56,652 nucleotides of DNA from IMG/VR virus record IMGVR_UViG_3300037010_000803, positions 1-56,652 of that record. One strand, 5' to 3'. The notes beneath the pieces were generated by a model, which saw only the letters and a list, made by a program, of their open reading frames with translations, was not told the DNA's origin and made no database searches. Every line of letters begins with the position of its first letter. Within the stretch, counting starts at the first letter, position 1. A program made the translations under genes and the position numbers. Shown here one piece after another: positions 45,911 to 54,691 of this stretch. Source of the DNA: a virus. Its lineage: Duplodnaviria > Caudoviricetes.

Positions 45911-47243
45911 CCGCCGCCTCCATTCCGTAGTCTTCGCGCTCTTCCCACTTGAGCACCGCCCTGTTGTATGTCATGTCTAGCACACCCGTCCCGCCGTCTT
46001 GTTGTTTCGCCAGAATGATTTTGGCCGGTGTCCGAGAAGCATCCCAGCGGTCTATATTCCAACGGTGAAGTAGCACAACACCCGTTGCCTTCTCTTCGAG
46101 CGTCCCGCATTCCTTCAGGTCGGCCAGCGTTGGCAACTCGTCTTCTTTGTTGCTCTCCGCGTTCCTGTTCAATTGCGCCGCCAACAGTACAGGGACCTTC
46201 ATCCGTTGCGCCATCGCGTCTATGGCCCACACGGCCTTAGCTCCTTCTTCCCGCAAGGTGTTGAATCGTTGAGGCGAGCGAATCAGCTGGAAATAATCCA
46301 AGACGATTAAATCTAATCCGTCCATGCGCTGTTCCGCTTCCACGGCCTTGGCTTCGATTTCCGAGGGCGAGGCCGAAGGCATAACGGCCATAACGTAGTT
46401 GTCCACTCCCAGCCGGTCGTTAATGGCCGCCGAAAGACGACTCATTTCCTTGGCGTCCAACGGCTTTTTGCAGTTGGTCGGATTCTTCACCCTTGCTAAC
46501 GCGAGCCCAGTCATATGAGTCAAAAGCCGCCAAGCGTTGCGTTCAAGCCCCATTTCCAGAGCGCAGTGGAAGATTTTCTTCTTGCCCCGTAGATGGTGCT
46601 CTATGATGCCGGTGAGAAAGGTCGTTTTACCGACTCTCGGCCGAGCGCCCACCACCCAAAAGCTCCCAGGCTCCATTCCGTATTCGACCTTGCCGTCCAG
46701 GGAGGGCAGCCCGAAGTCCAATCCCAATGTTTTGCCCTTCCGCCGCTCCAGGTAGCTCTCCATGACCGCCGAGGCGATTTCCGGGCCGGTGAACATAGTC
46801 TTGCGCGCTTCCACCCGCTCCTTGACCTTGTGGATGTACTGAGCGGCCTTTTCTGCCAGTTCCCCAGCCGGAGCGATTCCCTGCGAAGCATCCGCCAGTT
46901 TCTGGCCCACCCGTTCAAGATGACGCCGCGCCGCTCCGTCCAGGACAATGCCACAATAGTTTCTCGATTGCCGCGTGTCGAGGTCAGGCAGCCCTTCCGT
47001 GAGACCGGCCACCCAGCCCGCGCCACCCACCTTCACCATTTCACCGGAGCGCGCAAGTTCACGGCTCACGGTCACCAAATCGGCGTTGGCACCCAGGGTC
47101 AAAGCTGTCTTGAAAATAATCGCCAGCGCGGTAGAAGGCATGTCTTCAGGCCGTAGCGTCTCAAAGGCGACGCTTTTGGCGGCCTTGCAGTTCAAGAGAA
47201 TTGCTCCCAAAATCACTTTAGCAGCTTCGATTGAGTCATCCAT
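45900..47243 (-). CDS. dnaB: DnaB-like helicase (unit B allele)
   Basis: ARPRVGKT, LDYFQL, AQLNR, DLKECGTLE. Confidence 0.92.
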   Translation of the reverse strand: MDDSIEAAKVILGAILLNCKAAKSVAFETLRPEDMPSTALAIIFKTALTLGANADLVTVSRELARSGEMVKVGGAGWVAGLTEGLPDLDTRQSRNYCGIVLDGAARRHLERVGQKLADASQGIAPAGELAEKAAQYIHKVKERVEARKTMFTGPEIASAVMESYLERRKGKTLGLDFGLPSLDGKVEYGMEPGSFWVVGARPRVGKTTFLTGIIEHHLRGKKKIFHCALEMGLERNAWRLLTHMTGLALARVKNPTNCKKPLDAKEMSRLSAAINDRLGVDNYVMAVMPSASPSEIEAKAVEAEQRMDGLDLIVLDYFQLIRSPQRFNTLREEGAKAVWAIDAMAQRMKVPVLLAAQLNRNAESNKEDELPTLADLKECGTLEEKATGVVLLHRWNIDRWDASRTPAKIILAKQQDGGTGVLDMTYNRAVLKWEEREDYGMEAADGE

Positions 47244-48073
47244 TTCGGGTCTCCTGGCATGTGGTAGTTAGGGTCGTCGAAGTTTTGGTACGGGCATTCC
47301 TTCGGCGGCTCAACTTCGTCTTCCCAGCACGCTCCCTTCAGCCAACGTTCGGGGTCCTTGTAGAACTGCAATTCTCGCCCGCTCTTCTTCAGACGCTCGA
47401 TAGCCGCCAGAATAACTTCCAAATCCGGCCTTGGGCGTAACTTCACCCATTCACGGTAAGCATTCCGCTTGGCCCGTTTCTTAGGGTAGGCTTTCCAGAA
47501 TCGTTCAAAGTCTGGTGGATAGATGAAAGGCTTTGGCTCTGAGCGACGTTTCTTTGCATTGACCGAAACTTGACCAAGAGTAGGACAGGCGTCAGCCTGG
47601 CCTACTCCGTTTCTCTTTGCTTCTGCTTCTGCTTCTGCTTCTGCTTGGGCTAACTGCTGTTCACAAGTGTTAACAGGTGTTAACAAAGTGTTAACAGGTG
47701 TTAACGACTCTTTACGTGCCCGTTCCCTGCGGTCGGCCATGTACTGGCGTGCATACTCCCGACGCTGGCTCTCGTCTCGTAACTGCCTGTATTTGGTGTA
47801 GTTAAGAATCAGATAGCCGCCGTCAACGCGCTCGATTCTCCGGCCTTCATACTCCATGGTTCGAGAGTCAGGGTCGGGCTCTTGAAACTTTTGTAAAGCC
47901 TGTAAACAAATGTTAACATCCACCCTCGCCCTGTTAGCAATGCCCGGCGCGGCGGCCAGGACCATGCCGTCTTGATTCGCCATCAAGAGCATGGTCATCC
48001 ATACGACGCGGGTATCCGACGATTCCGCCCAGATGCTGGAGTCAAGCAGAGATTGAAATGCTTTTACGTACAT
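47213..48073 (-). CDS. Replication initiator, type B N-terminus
   Basis: MYVKAFQSLLDSSIW... N-domain; internal GTTAAC repeats; C-domain shared with rep A. Confidence 0.8.
   Translation of the reverse strand: MYVKAFQSLLDSSIWAESSDTRVVWMTMLLMANQDGMVLAAAPGIANRARVDVNICLQALQKFQEPDPDSRTMEYEGRRIERVDGGYLILNYTKYRQLRDESQRREYARQYMADRRERARKESLTPVNTLLTPVNTCEQQLAQAEAEAEAEAKRNGVGQADACPTLGQVSVNAKKRRSEPKPFIYPPDFERFWKAYPKKRAKRNAYREWVKLRPRPDLEVILAAIERLKKSGRELQFYKDPERWLKGACWEDEVEPPKECPYQNFDDPNYHMPGDPKWMTQSKLLK
47618..47705. repeat. Putative origin B: (TGCTTC)n run plus GTTAAC iterons at 10-11 bp spacing
   Basis: GTTCAC 47659; GTTAAC 47669, 47679, 47690, 47700; further TGTAAAG/TGTAAAC/TGTTAAC at 47892-47918. Confidence 0.75.
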
Positions 48074-48075
48074 GG

Positions 48076-48309
48076 CTACTTCTCCTTCTCCTCTTTCGCC
48101 CTGTAAGCCGCGCAATGTGCTGCGCTAAAATGGGGAGCTATCTCAACGAAGTCGAGCGGCTCTTCCGGGCTAACTACCATCGGCAAGGGCATGAAGCTCA
48201 GGACGTGCGAGAGGAAACGTGCCGCTCGGCATTGACCAACATTGCTGCCCTCTTGGGTCTTGCTAAAGTCACCGTGTACACAATTTCCACAAGTCTTCTT
48301 CTTGCTCAT
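48076..48309 (-). CDS. Small Cys-rich protein, paralogue 2
   Basis: MSKKKTCGNCVHGDFS...SAAHC. Confidence 0.65.
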   Translation of the reverse strand: MSKKKTCGNCVHGDFSKTQEGSNVGQCRAARFLSHVLSFMPLPMVVSPEEPLDFVEIAPHFSAAHCAAYRAKEEKEK

Positions 48310-48395
48310 GGGCGCATCCTTCCACTACGCTGATTGTCGTCTGCTAGGCACCACCAAAAAAAGAACAAGGCCGCAACGAGAGGGAAAAAACTCAT
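48306..48395 (-). CDS. 29-aa hydrophobic peptide MSFFPLVAALFFFWWCLADDNQRSGRMRP
   Basis: Fills the gap with ATGA overlaps at both ends. Confidence 0.5.
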   Translation of the reverse strand: MSFFPLVAALFFFWWCLADDNQRSGRMRP

Positions 48396-48616
48396 GGCCG
48401 CACCCGCGCAGGCTTTGCACTAAAACACGGACACGTGACCGCGCTTTCATTGTAGTTGACCTTTCGGCTCTTTAGGGAGGCTGCCATAGGCAGCCCAAGC
48501 CCCACAAGGGCTACACGTAACCAATACGCCCTGCGGCATCGGCCAGGCCCGGACTTTTCCCCACCTGGCGGCCATATCCCATGCACACAAGTCCCGCAAG
48601 TTCTTCTCTTGCTCAT
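48392..48616 (-). CDS. Small Cys-rich protein, paralogue 1
   Basis: MSKRRTCGTCVHG, identical start to 14040..14264. Confidence 0.65.
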   Translation of the reverse strand: MSKRRTCGTCVHGIWPPGGEKSGPGRCRRAYWLRVALVGLGLPMAASLKSRKVNYNESAVTCPCFSAKPARVRP

Positions 48617-48634
48617 TGGAGCCTCCCAAAGGTT

Positions 48635-48780
48635 GCCCAGCCCGCCGGTTGGCAGCCCGACGGGCCAGGACTGGGGCCAAACGGTGAAGGTGGAAGCCGC
48701 TTCGCCCTTTTTCGGATTGTCTATGTGCCGCCTTCATTTTGCGCTCCTGCCAAGAGCTTGACCAGCGCCGCGCTGGTCGG
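48635..48780 (-). ncRNA. C4/CI-like structured leader (unit B allele)
   Basis: TTGGCAG/CTGCCAA and TGAAGGCGG/CCACCTTCA pairings replace those of unit A. Confidence 0.6.
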
Positions 48781-48784
48781 TCTA

Positions 48785-48813
48785 AATATAATTCCTCACG
48801 CTCTAAAAGTCAA
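48785..48813 (-). promoter_or_regulatory. sigma70 promoter of the replication operon
   Basis: TTGACT-17-TATATT. Confidence 0.8.
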
Positions 48814-49004
48814 GTCCTACGTTTTGGCTTCGCGTTCAGCTTCCGCAACAGCCACTGCATGAATTCGTCTCGCCCTGGTGCCTCGTCCGAGTAAATGGTG
48901 AACGTTCCAATGAGACCATTGCGCCAGGGGCCGTAGAACGTTATGGCACATGGCTTCCCACGTGCACCCTCAGTGCGGCATATTTGCCACCGTTTCAGCT
49001 TCAT
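48810..49004 (-). CDS. Hypothetical protein
   Basis: Homologue of 14458..14652. Confidence 0.65.
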   Translation of the reverse strand: MKLKRWQICRTEGARGKPCAITFYGPWRNGLIGTFTIYSDEAPGRDEFMQWLLRKLNAKPKRRT

Positions 49005-49069
49005 GCTTTACTCCTTTCTCTCGCCACCACAAAACACCACAACGCCGCCAGGGTCAATAGGAAACTCAT
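49001..49069 (-). CDS. 22-aa hydrophobic peptide MSFLLTLAALWCFVVARERSKA
   Basis: AGGAGG RBS; homologue of 14643..14717. Confidence 0.55.
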   Translation of the reverse strand: MSFLLTLAALWCFVVARERSKA

Positions 49070-49260
49070 GGCTGCCTCCTGGCCGGCTCGCCAACTCGAA
49101 TCAGGCCCGTTGACGTTACGCGCACTTCCAGAATCTGCCTATCCGTTTTGAGCGTTAAGAGCACCGAATCACGCTCAAAAACACTGCGTTCGACTTCGAC
49201 CGGCCCCCAGATAAATCCATAGTCCGTTGCCCTCGGATAAGAACATCCTGCGTTCCTCAT
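49066..49260 (-). CDS. Hypothetical protein (unit B only)
   Basis: AGGAGG RBS; flanked by RBS-start direct repeats. Confidence 0.6.
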   Translation of the reverse strand: MRNAGCSYPRATDYGFIWGPVEVERSVFERDSVLLTLKTDRQILEVRVTSTGLIRVGEPARRQP

Positions 49261-49269
49261 AGCTGCCTC

Positions 49270-49632
49270 CTACACCGGCTCAACGTCCACTGTGAAATAG
49301 CCTTTCGCCTCGCTAGTCCAGCGCTTCTGGGAATGTGTGTCCCAGATGCCGGAATCGTCGCCGTAAATGGCATCCAAAACGGCCTTGACCAGATTGTCCA
49401 AATCCGGCTTTTGTTGGTGCGGCTGCCCGTCATACAATGCCCTCTTCTTCCGGCTCCAGGATTCTGGCATCGGCAGGTAGAATACGATTGTAGCTCCCGC
49501 TTCCGGGACCCAAACATGCGCCAGCTTACACTCGTTGCAGAACTGCCAGTACCGCATAACGCTCGGACGCTTGGCCCATTTGTCCCTCTGAGTCATACGC
49601 GGCTTCGGGCAGGGCTCAATGTTGTATCGCAC
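49270..49632 (-). CDS. rusA: RusA-like resolvase
   Basis: KPDLDNLVKAVLDA. Confidence 0.85.
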   Translation of the reverse strand: MRYNIEPCPKPRMTQRDKWAKRPSVMRYWQFCNECKLAHVWVPEAGATIVFYLPMPESWSRKKRALYDGQPHQQKPDLDNLVKAVLDAIYGDDSGIWDTHSQKRWTSEAKGYFTVDVEPV

Positions 49633-49633
49633 C

Positions 49634-49864
49634 TCACGCTCCTATCGCAGGTGGCGGCGCTTTCCGCTCTACCGCTTGCCGGTCCATTTCCATGCGGTAA
49701 ATCCAGATAAGGCGTTCGCGCGAGCCGTACAGGGAGTCACAGACGAAGCGGCTGCAATCGTTCCCACTGCAAAGAGCCAACTGGCCGTCCTCCCGTGCTT
49801 CTTGGCGCTGGAGACAGGTCTCTGGCGTTATTAGCTGAAAGTCGTTGGGGCACTCGAATCTCAT
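49634..49864 (-). CDS. Hypothetical protein
   Basis: Homologue of 15558..15788. Confidence 0.65.
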   Translation of the reverse strand: MRFECPNDFQLITPETCLQRQEAREDGQLALCSGNDCSRFVCDSLYGSRERLIWIYRMEMDRQAVERKAPPPAIGA

Positions 49865-49971
49865 GGCTTCACCTCCGCCAAATGGACGCGGTAATATGGC
49901 GGCATCCCCTCAATCTCGGAGTTCAGCCATATGGCTATGCGCCCCGCAAACCACCACTCGTGGCAGGTCAT
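49861..49971 (-). CDS. 36-aa hypothetical protein (unit B only)
   Basis: GGAGGTG RBS; ATGA overlaps at both ends. Confidence 0.45.
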   Translation of the reverse strand: MTCHEWWFAGRIAIWLNSEIEGMPPYYRVHLAEVKP

Positions 49972-50285
49972 GGCTTCACCTCCACATCCGTGCCTGCCAG
50001 GTATCTGTTGATTCGTTCCCGCCGTTCAGCCTGCACATAGCCCAACGCCCATGCCAGCAACTCCTCAACCTCAACAGGATTGCCAAGGCGTACCATGTTT
50101 CTCGCCGCACCCACCCCACCATCATATAGGACATTCACCCCAACGACGCATATCATGTCCGGCACGCCGTGCTTTTCTCGCACCGCCTCCAAGTCGGCGC
50201 GCAACGCCGCGAGCCCAGCGTTGACCTCCTCCTTCCTACGCGGTCGGCTGAGTTCCCAATAGAGTGTCTGTTCTCTACTGCCCAT
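49968..50285 (-). CDS. Hypothetical protein (unit B only)
   Basis: GGAGGTG RBS; tightly packed. Confidence 0.6.
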   Translation of the reverse strand: MGSREQTLYWELSRPRRKEEVNAGLAALRADLEAVREKHGVPDMICVVGVNVLYDGGVGAARNMVRLGNPVEVEELLAWALGYVQAERRERINRYLAGTDVEVKP

Positions 50286-50763
50286 CTTTCACCTCCAAAG
50301 CTCTCACTTCGACCAGTATGACTCCGCGCTCGCGCATCCCCAATTGGTGTGCAGCGCCTTCCGATAGGTCTATCGAACGCCCAGGGACATAAGGCCCAGA
50401 ATCATTGACCCGCACAATCACCCAGCGTTTTGTCTTCACGTCCACGATTTTGAGCCACGTGCCCGGCGGATAGTCCAGGCTCGCGCAGGTGGGAGCCCAG
50501 CGGTCGAATGTTTCTCCGCTCGACGTGGGCTTCCCGTCGCACTCTTTGCCATACCAGGAGGCCAGCCGCCGGTCAACGGCTGCCTGCAATGCTGCGCTCT
50601 CCGCATTGAATCGCTCAATCTCCTTGGCAGTTCGCGCCACAGCGGCAGGGTCCGGGCCTGCCACGTCCAGCGTCTGTAAATCCTTGACGAGGTGGGCCAT
50701 CCATAGGTACAGGCCCACACACGCCAGGGCGAAGACAGCGGGAAGCCACCAAAGTTTTCTCAT
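50275..50763 (-). CDS. RlpA-like DPBB lytic transglycosylase
   Basis: Homologue of 15785..16267. Confidence 0.85.
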   Translation of the reverse strand: MRKLWWLPAVFALACVGLYLWMAHLVKDLQTLDVAGPDPAAVARTAKEIERFNAESAALQAAVDRRLASWYGKECDGKPTSSGETFDRWAPTCASLDYPPGTWLKIVDVKTKRWVIVRVNDSGPYVPGRSIDLSEGAAHQLGMRERGVILVEVRALEVKDGQ

Positions 50764-51413
50764 CTGTTCACTGCCACAGTCTTCTTGCGCACTTCAACAC
50801 CCGGAATCACCACGCCGTTCAGTACATCTTCCCGGACCTTGACCATGTTCAGTTCCCAGTATTCGTCAGGCACGAGTGACGGCGTGACCACGACCACCTC
50901 GGAGACCGTCCGATAGCTTACACCGGCGACCTTGGGCGTGGAGTTCAGAGTCGCCGCTAACGTCACTGGCGCTTCCGCCTGGACAATGGCCTGTTTGGCC
51001 GCCTCTACGGCCTCCTTGTCACCTGTAGCCATAGCTTTCTGCGCCTCTACCAAGGCTCTTTCTTGCGCCTCCCTTGCCTTGCGCCGTTCCTCTTCGATTA
51101 GCGCCCGTTTCGCGGCCTCTTGCGCCTCGCGGTAGGGAATCAATTTGGAATCACACAGCTTGATGACCTGTTCAGGTAGGGCGCAAAGTTCTTTTTCAAG
51201 GGCCAGCGCGGCTTTGTGCGCCTCATGCGCCTTTGTTATAATGGGCTTCATCTTGGCCTTGGCCTCTTTGATGAACGTCCCCGCCAGCGCACGCTGTTCG
51301 GCTACGAAGGCGTAAGTGGCCTCATTCGTGACCTCTGTTCTTTCTACGAGTGCCAACGCAGATACGGCCGTTTCCTTGACTTTCTCCGCGTACACCTCTA
51401 TTTCAACACTCAT
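50760..51413 (-). CDS. Gp157/Gam-like coiled-coil protein
   Basis: Homologue of 16264..16917. Confidence 0.55.
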   Translation of the reverse strand: MSVEIEVYAEKVKETAVSALALVERTEVTNEATYAFVAEQRALAGTFIKEAKAKMKPIITKAHEAHKAALALEKELCALPEQVIKLCDSKLIPYREAQEAAKRALIEEERRKAREAQERALVEAQKAMATGDKEAVEAAKQAIVQAEAPVTLAATLNSTPKVAGVSYRTVSEVVVVTPSLVPDEYWELNMVKVREDVLNGVVIPGVEVRKKTVAVNR

Positions 51414-51838
51414 CTCACACCTCCTCGTTTGTACTTTAGAAACGCGCTTTGTAGTGACGCGAAATCCGCGTCCGTGAGTTCCGCCAAAGAGCTTAAATGG
51501 AGCCTTGCCTTCACTGCCTCATGGGCCACTGATTCCGGGGCCTCCGAGTGCAGTCCCAGAAACGACTTGAAATCGGGATTATTGAGCCACCCGTTAGCGT
51601 GAAGACGCTGGGCCGGTGTTTTATACGTCCTTGCGCCTTTCTCTTCACCTTGCGGCTCTGGGAGCGTCTGAGCGGCCTTTATAACGACCAGTTGAAACTG
51701 CACACCCTCCATGTCCCAGAATCGCAGAAATGCACCGACTTGGGAAGCATCCATTGCCATCGGGAAAATCGTTTCCCCGGCGTGGCCCTGACGGTAGCGG
51801 CCACCCGGAGAAATCTGGAAAATCGCAGGCTCGTTCAT
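51410..51838 (-). CDS. Hypothetical protein
   Basis: Homologue of 16914..17342. Confidence 0.7.
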   Translation of the reverse strand: MNEPAIFQISPGGRYRQGHAGETIFPMAMDASQVGAFLRFWDMEGVQFQLVVIKAAQTLPEPQGEEKGARTYKTPAQRLHANGWLNNPDFKSFLGLHSEAPESVAHEAVKARLHLSSLAELTDADFASLQSAFLKYKRGGVR

Positions 51839-51846
51839 AGGTCACC

Positions 51847-52530
51847 TCAAAAAGGGACGCTTGTATCGTTCTTGGGCGTTCTGCGTAGTATTTCGGCTTC
51901 GAGCACGTCCAGATTGCGCTTGTTGTCCTTGGCGTATTTTCCTTCCGGCTCTTCCGCCAGTTTCTTGCGGAAGAAGTCCCGATACCACAGCACGCTCTCA
52001 TTGTTCAGCGCGGATAACGGCGTGCCTTTGAGTTTTCCCATCGGCACTGTCCATTCTCCACTCTCTTCTCTTTGCGCGGCGCTCTCAGTATTGCTCTCGG
52101 AGCGTCCCTCAGCGGCCTCCCCGTCGTCGTCTTCATCTTCGGCTGCAAGCCCGATTATGGACTGCCAGCCATAACGGCGCAGGTACAATATGGCGCTCCC
52201 GTCCGATTGCGGCGTCCTGCACGGGATGAATGGGCCACCGCCTTTCGGCTCTTTCCCTGGGATGGTACTGTTTAGCTCGCTAATCCACTCACCCGACACA
52301 TGGACCAGCATGGTCAAGAGCGTCACTTTCTCGCCCTCAGCGCTCGGGAATTGCATGACGGCCAACCCGTGTTTGTTGAGCACGGGCCGTGAAACAGCAA
52401 TCACCTCTGCCATATCTGCATAGTGTGAGTGATAGTATGGGTTCACGGCCTTCTTTTTGGCCACGCCCATCTCCAACTGCGTCGCCACAAGCGCTTTCGC
52501 CAATTCGCTAATCGTCTCACTGCGATTCAT
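51847..52530 (-). CDS. erf: ERF-family ssDNA-annealing protein
   Basis: Homologue of 17351..18034. Confidence 0.85.
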   Translation of the reverse strand: MNRSETISELAKALVATQLEMGVAKKKAVNPYYHSHYADMAEVIAVSRPVLNKHGLAVMQFPSAEGEKVTLLTMLVHVSGEWISELNSTIPGKEPKGGGPFIPCRTPQSDGSAILYLRRYGWQSIIGLAAEDEDDDGEAAEGRSESNTESAAQREESGEWTVPMGKLKGTPLSALNNESVLWYRDFFRKKLAEEPEGKYAKDNKRNLDVLEAEILRRTPKNDTSVPF

Positions 52531-52858
52531 CTGCCACCTCCTCTAAGTGGACTCTCCTCACGACCTGAACTTCTGGGCTGCTCAATTCGCGTTGCAATGC
52601 AATCAACGATTCTTCCAACGCATCGGCGCGCTGGCGTTGCTCCCTCGCCTCGGCTTCCGCCGCGTCAGCCCTTGCCCCTTGTTTAACGGCCTGTTCCTCA
52701 AACGCGATTGCAAGGAGCTTTTGCTCCTCGTACAGGGTCTTATATGACGGGCGTTTGTAAGCACGCTTGGGCCGCTCCTCAAAAATCGCAAAGGGCTCGC
52801 CAACGGCTTTGTGTGCTTTGTACATCGCTGCCCGTACACCCTCCAGAATCCTCTTCAT
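52517..52858 (-). CDS. Hypothetical coiled-coil protein
   Basis: Homologue of 18021..18290 with an internal insertion. Confidence 0.65.
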   Translation of the reverse strand: MKRILEGVRAAMYKAHKAVGEPFAIFEERPKRAYKRPSYKTLYEEQKLLAIAFEEQAVKQGARADAAEAEAREQRQRADALEESLIALQRELSSPEVQVVRRVHLEEVADESQ

Positions 52859-53139
52859 CTTGCACCTCCCAAGACTGCGCTAAGCCGTTCCAGCGCTCTC
52901 CGCATCCGGTCCTGTTCAATGACGCGCTCCTTCTCGGTCAGTTGCGGGTACTCACACCAGATTTTCCATCGCCTCTCGCGAGCGCATCTCTCGCAGTAGT
53001 TATGGACTCCACACGGTAAGAGCACTCCGCAATCCGCGCAGTATTCAGCCTCGCACCGGCAATCCTCTTCCAGATGTCCGCAATCGGGACAAACGGGCTC
53101 TTTGATGTCTGGGGTGGTGGGTGGCTCAGGATTCCACAT
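52855..53139 (-). CDS. Zn-finger hypothetical protein
   Basis: Homologue of 18287..18571. Confidence 0.7.
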   Translation of the reverse strand: MWNPEPPTTPDIKEPVCPDCGHLEEDCRCEAEYCADCGVLLPCGVHNYCERCARERRWKIWCEYPQLTEKERVIEQDRMRRALERLSAVLGGAR

Positions 53140-53329
53140 GGCGTCCTCCTTTCTTTTTCCGGCCGTACGACCATTCCTGCTCAGGTCGGATGATGATGCC
53201 GTTGCGTTTGGCCGCTCTACGCATGGACTGCGACGTTATGCCCCATTTCTGGGCAATCTGGCGCAACGTCCGACCTTCTCTTAGTTCTTGCATTGCCAGC
53301 CTCATGTTAGTTGTTTCACCTCTCGCCAT
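53126..53329 (-). CDS. Small HTH protein
   Basis: Homologue of 18558..18761. Confidence 0.7.
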   Translation of the reverse strand: MARGETTNMRLAMQELREGRTLRQIAQKWGITSQSMRRAAKRNGIIIRPEQEWSYGRKKKGGRHVES

Positions 53330-53605
53330 TTAGACCTCCTTACGCTCGTTCCAGCGTTCAACATACAAGCCTGCCAGCGCCAGGCAATCCTTCCGCGTGT
53401 CCAGCGGTATGAGTCTGCGCTCCGCCTTCGCCAAGTCTGCTAGGGCATCCACGTAACTCTCCGCCAGAGCGGGGTCCAGCTTGTTGTCGCCCGTGCACCG
53501 CGCCGCCGCCCATCGCTCGAATGCCCCGTAACTAATATCCACCCATGCCGCGTGCCCGTATGTATTCCTAATTACGGGCCAGCCATTCCACTTGCGCTCG
53601 CTCAT
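53330..53605 (-). CDS. Hypothetical protein (unit B only)
   Basis: TAAGGAGG RBS; flanked by TAAGGAGG direct repeats. Confidence 0.65.
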   Translation of the reverse strand: MSERKWNGWPVIRNTYGHAAWVDISYGAFERWAAARCTGDNKLDPALAESYVDALADLAKAERRLIPLDTRKDCLALAGLYVERWNERKEV

Positions 53606-53615
53606 TGTCTCCTCC

Positions 53616-53822
53616 TTATCGGACATATCCGTCTTCCCGTAGGTAGAGCGGCGCGCTCCGCCTGCTTGCACCCGGCGCGTGGCACTCTATCACCCAGCCG
53701 CTCCGCTCCACGCCGTGCTCATCTATAATCGCCCATGGGCACGCATGGGGAGCCGTCCAGCCTCGCATCTTCTTGGCTTCATATCGTGCCTCTTCCCGCG
53801 TCCTAAAGACCTTCTTGTCCAT
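53616..53822 (-). CDS. Hypothetical protein
   Basis: Homologue of 18772..18978. Confidence 0.7.
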   Translation of the reverse strand: MDKKVFRTREEARYEAKKMRGWTAPHACPWAIIDEHGVERSGWVIECHAPGASRRSAPLYLREDGYVR

Positions 53823-53868
53823 TTTCTCTGCTCCTCTCTGGCCGCCTCCTCTTGGCGGCTACGGGTAT

Positions 53869-53897
53869 AATATAGGCCATTTTTTTGAGTTTGTCAA
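53869..53897 (-). promoter_or_regulatory. sigma70 early promoter
   Basis: TTGACA-17-TATATT. Confidence 0.8.
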
Positions 53898-53943
53898 GGG
53901 CCTTGCAATCCGCGTCAATGCTACAATATGCGCAAACGGGTAT

Positions 53944-54237
53944 TTAGCGAGCTGCGTCTAGCCAGGCGAGTAGTCTTTTGGAGCGGTGGAAACTGGCAAG
54001 GGTCTCTAGTTCTGCCCGTGACCGGCAACGGGCCACAAGAGACGCCTCGAAATCAGGGTGGTCATGGGCCGCCCTATGGCAGGCCCAACAAAGGGGAATG
54101 AGATTCTCAGGGATGTCCAGCCGCAATTCCGACCGACGGATTAGATGGTGAGGAGCCACGTCCGTATATTTCCCACACCCATAACAGACTTGGCGGCCAC
54201 GGGCGGCATTCAGGGCGGATTCATCAAGCACTCGCAT
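53944..54237 (-). CDS. HNH endonuclease-like protein
   Basis: Homologue of 19097..19390. Confidence 0.8.
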   Translation of the reverse strand: MRVLDESALNAARGRQVCYGCGKYTDVAPHHLIRRSELRLDIPENLIPLCWACHRAAHDHPDFEASLVARCRSRAELETLASFHRSKRLLAWLDAAR

Positions 54238-54321
54238 CGGCAATCTCCTTTTCACGGGAGCAGGCCGGAGCGTAAATGAGGGAGTCTCCGGCCCGTCCCC
54301 GCCCTGGCAGGCCCATTCCTG

Positions 54322-54678
54322 TCAGGGAGTGTTCCTCTTTTGCAGCCGTTCGCTCAATTCGGACACCACGGCCTCGTGCATCGCGTTAGCTTCAGCATCG
54401 GAAGTTTCCGACAACGTCGTCACGTGCCACTTGCTCTTGAAATGCACTTCCTTTGACGTGTTGGCGTCCCAGTAGATACCGTCATTATGGGCATGGAATG
54501 CCTTGGTCTCGTAGTAACTGTTGTAGCCTATCGGCTCGCCGTTATCCCAGGCCCCGACCGTTGAGACCACGATTCGCTTTTCGCCGCATTCCAAGAGAGT
54601 GTTCCGGCGAAAGCGGCAACGAGTCGCCGAGATGAAATGGCCGCCCCATCCGCGTTCGGTGCGCTTGACCTTGCTCAT
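54322..54678 (-). CDS. Conserved phage hypothetical protein
   Basis: Homologue of 20108..20464. Confidence 0.75.
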   Translation of the reverse strand: MSKVKRTERGWGGHFISATRCRFRRNTLLECGEKRIVVSTVGAWDNGEPIGYNSYYETKAFHAHNDGIYWDANTSKEVHFKSKWHVTTLSETSDAEANAMHEAVVSELSERLQKRNTP

Positions 54679-54691
54679 GCTCTCCTCCTAT

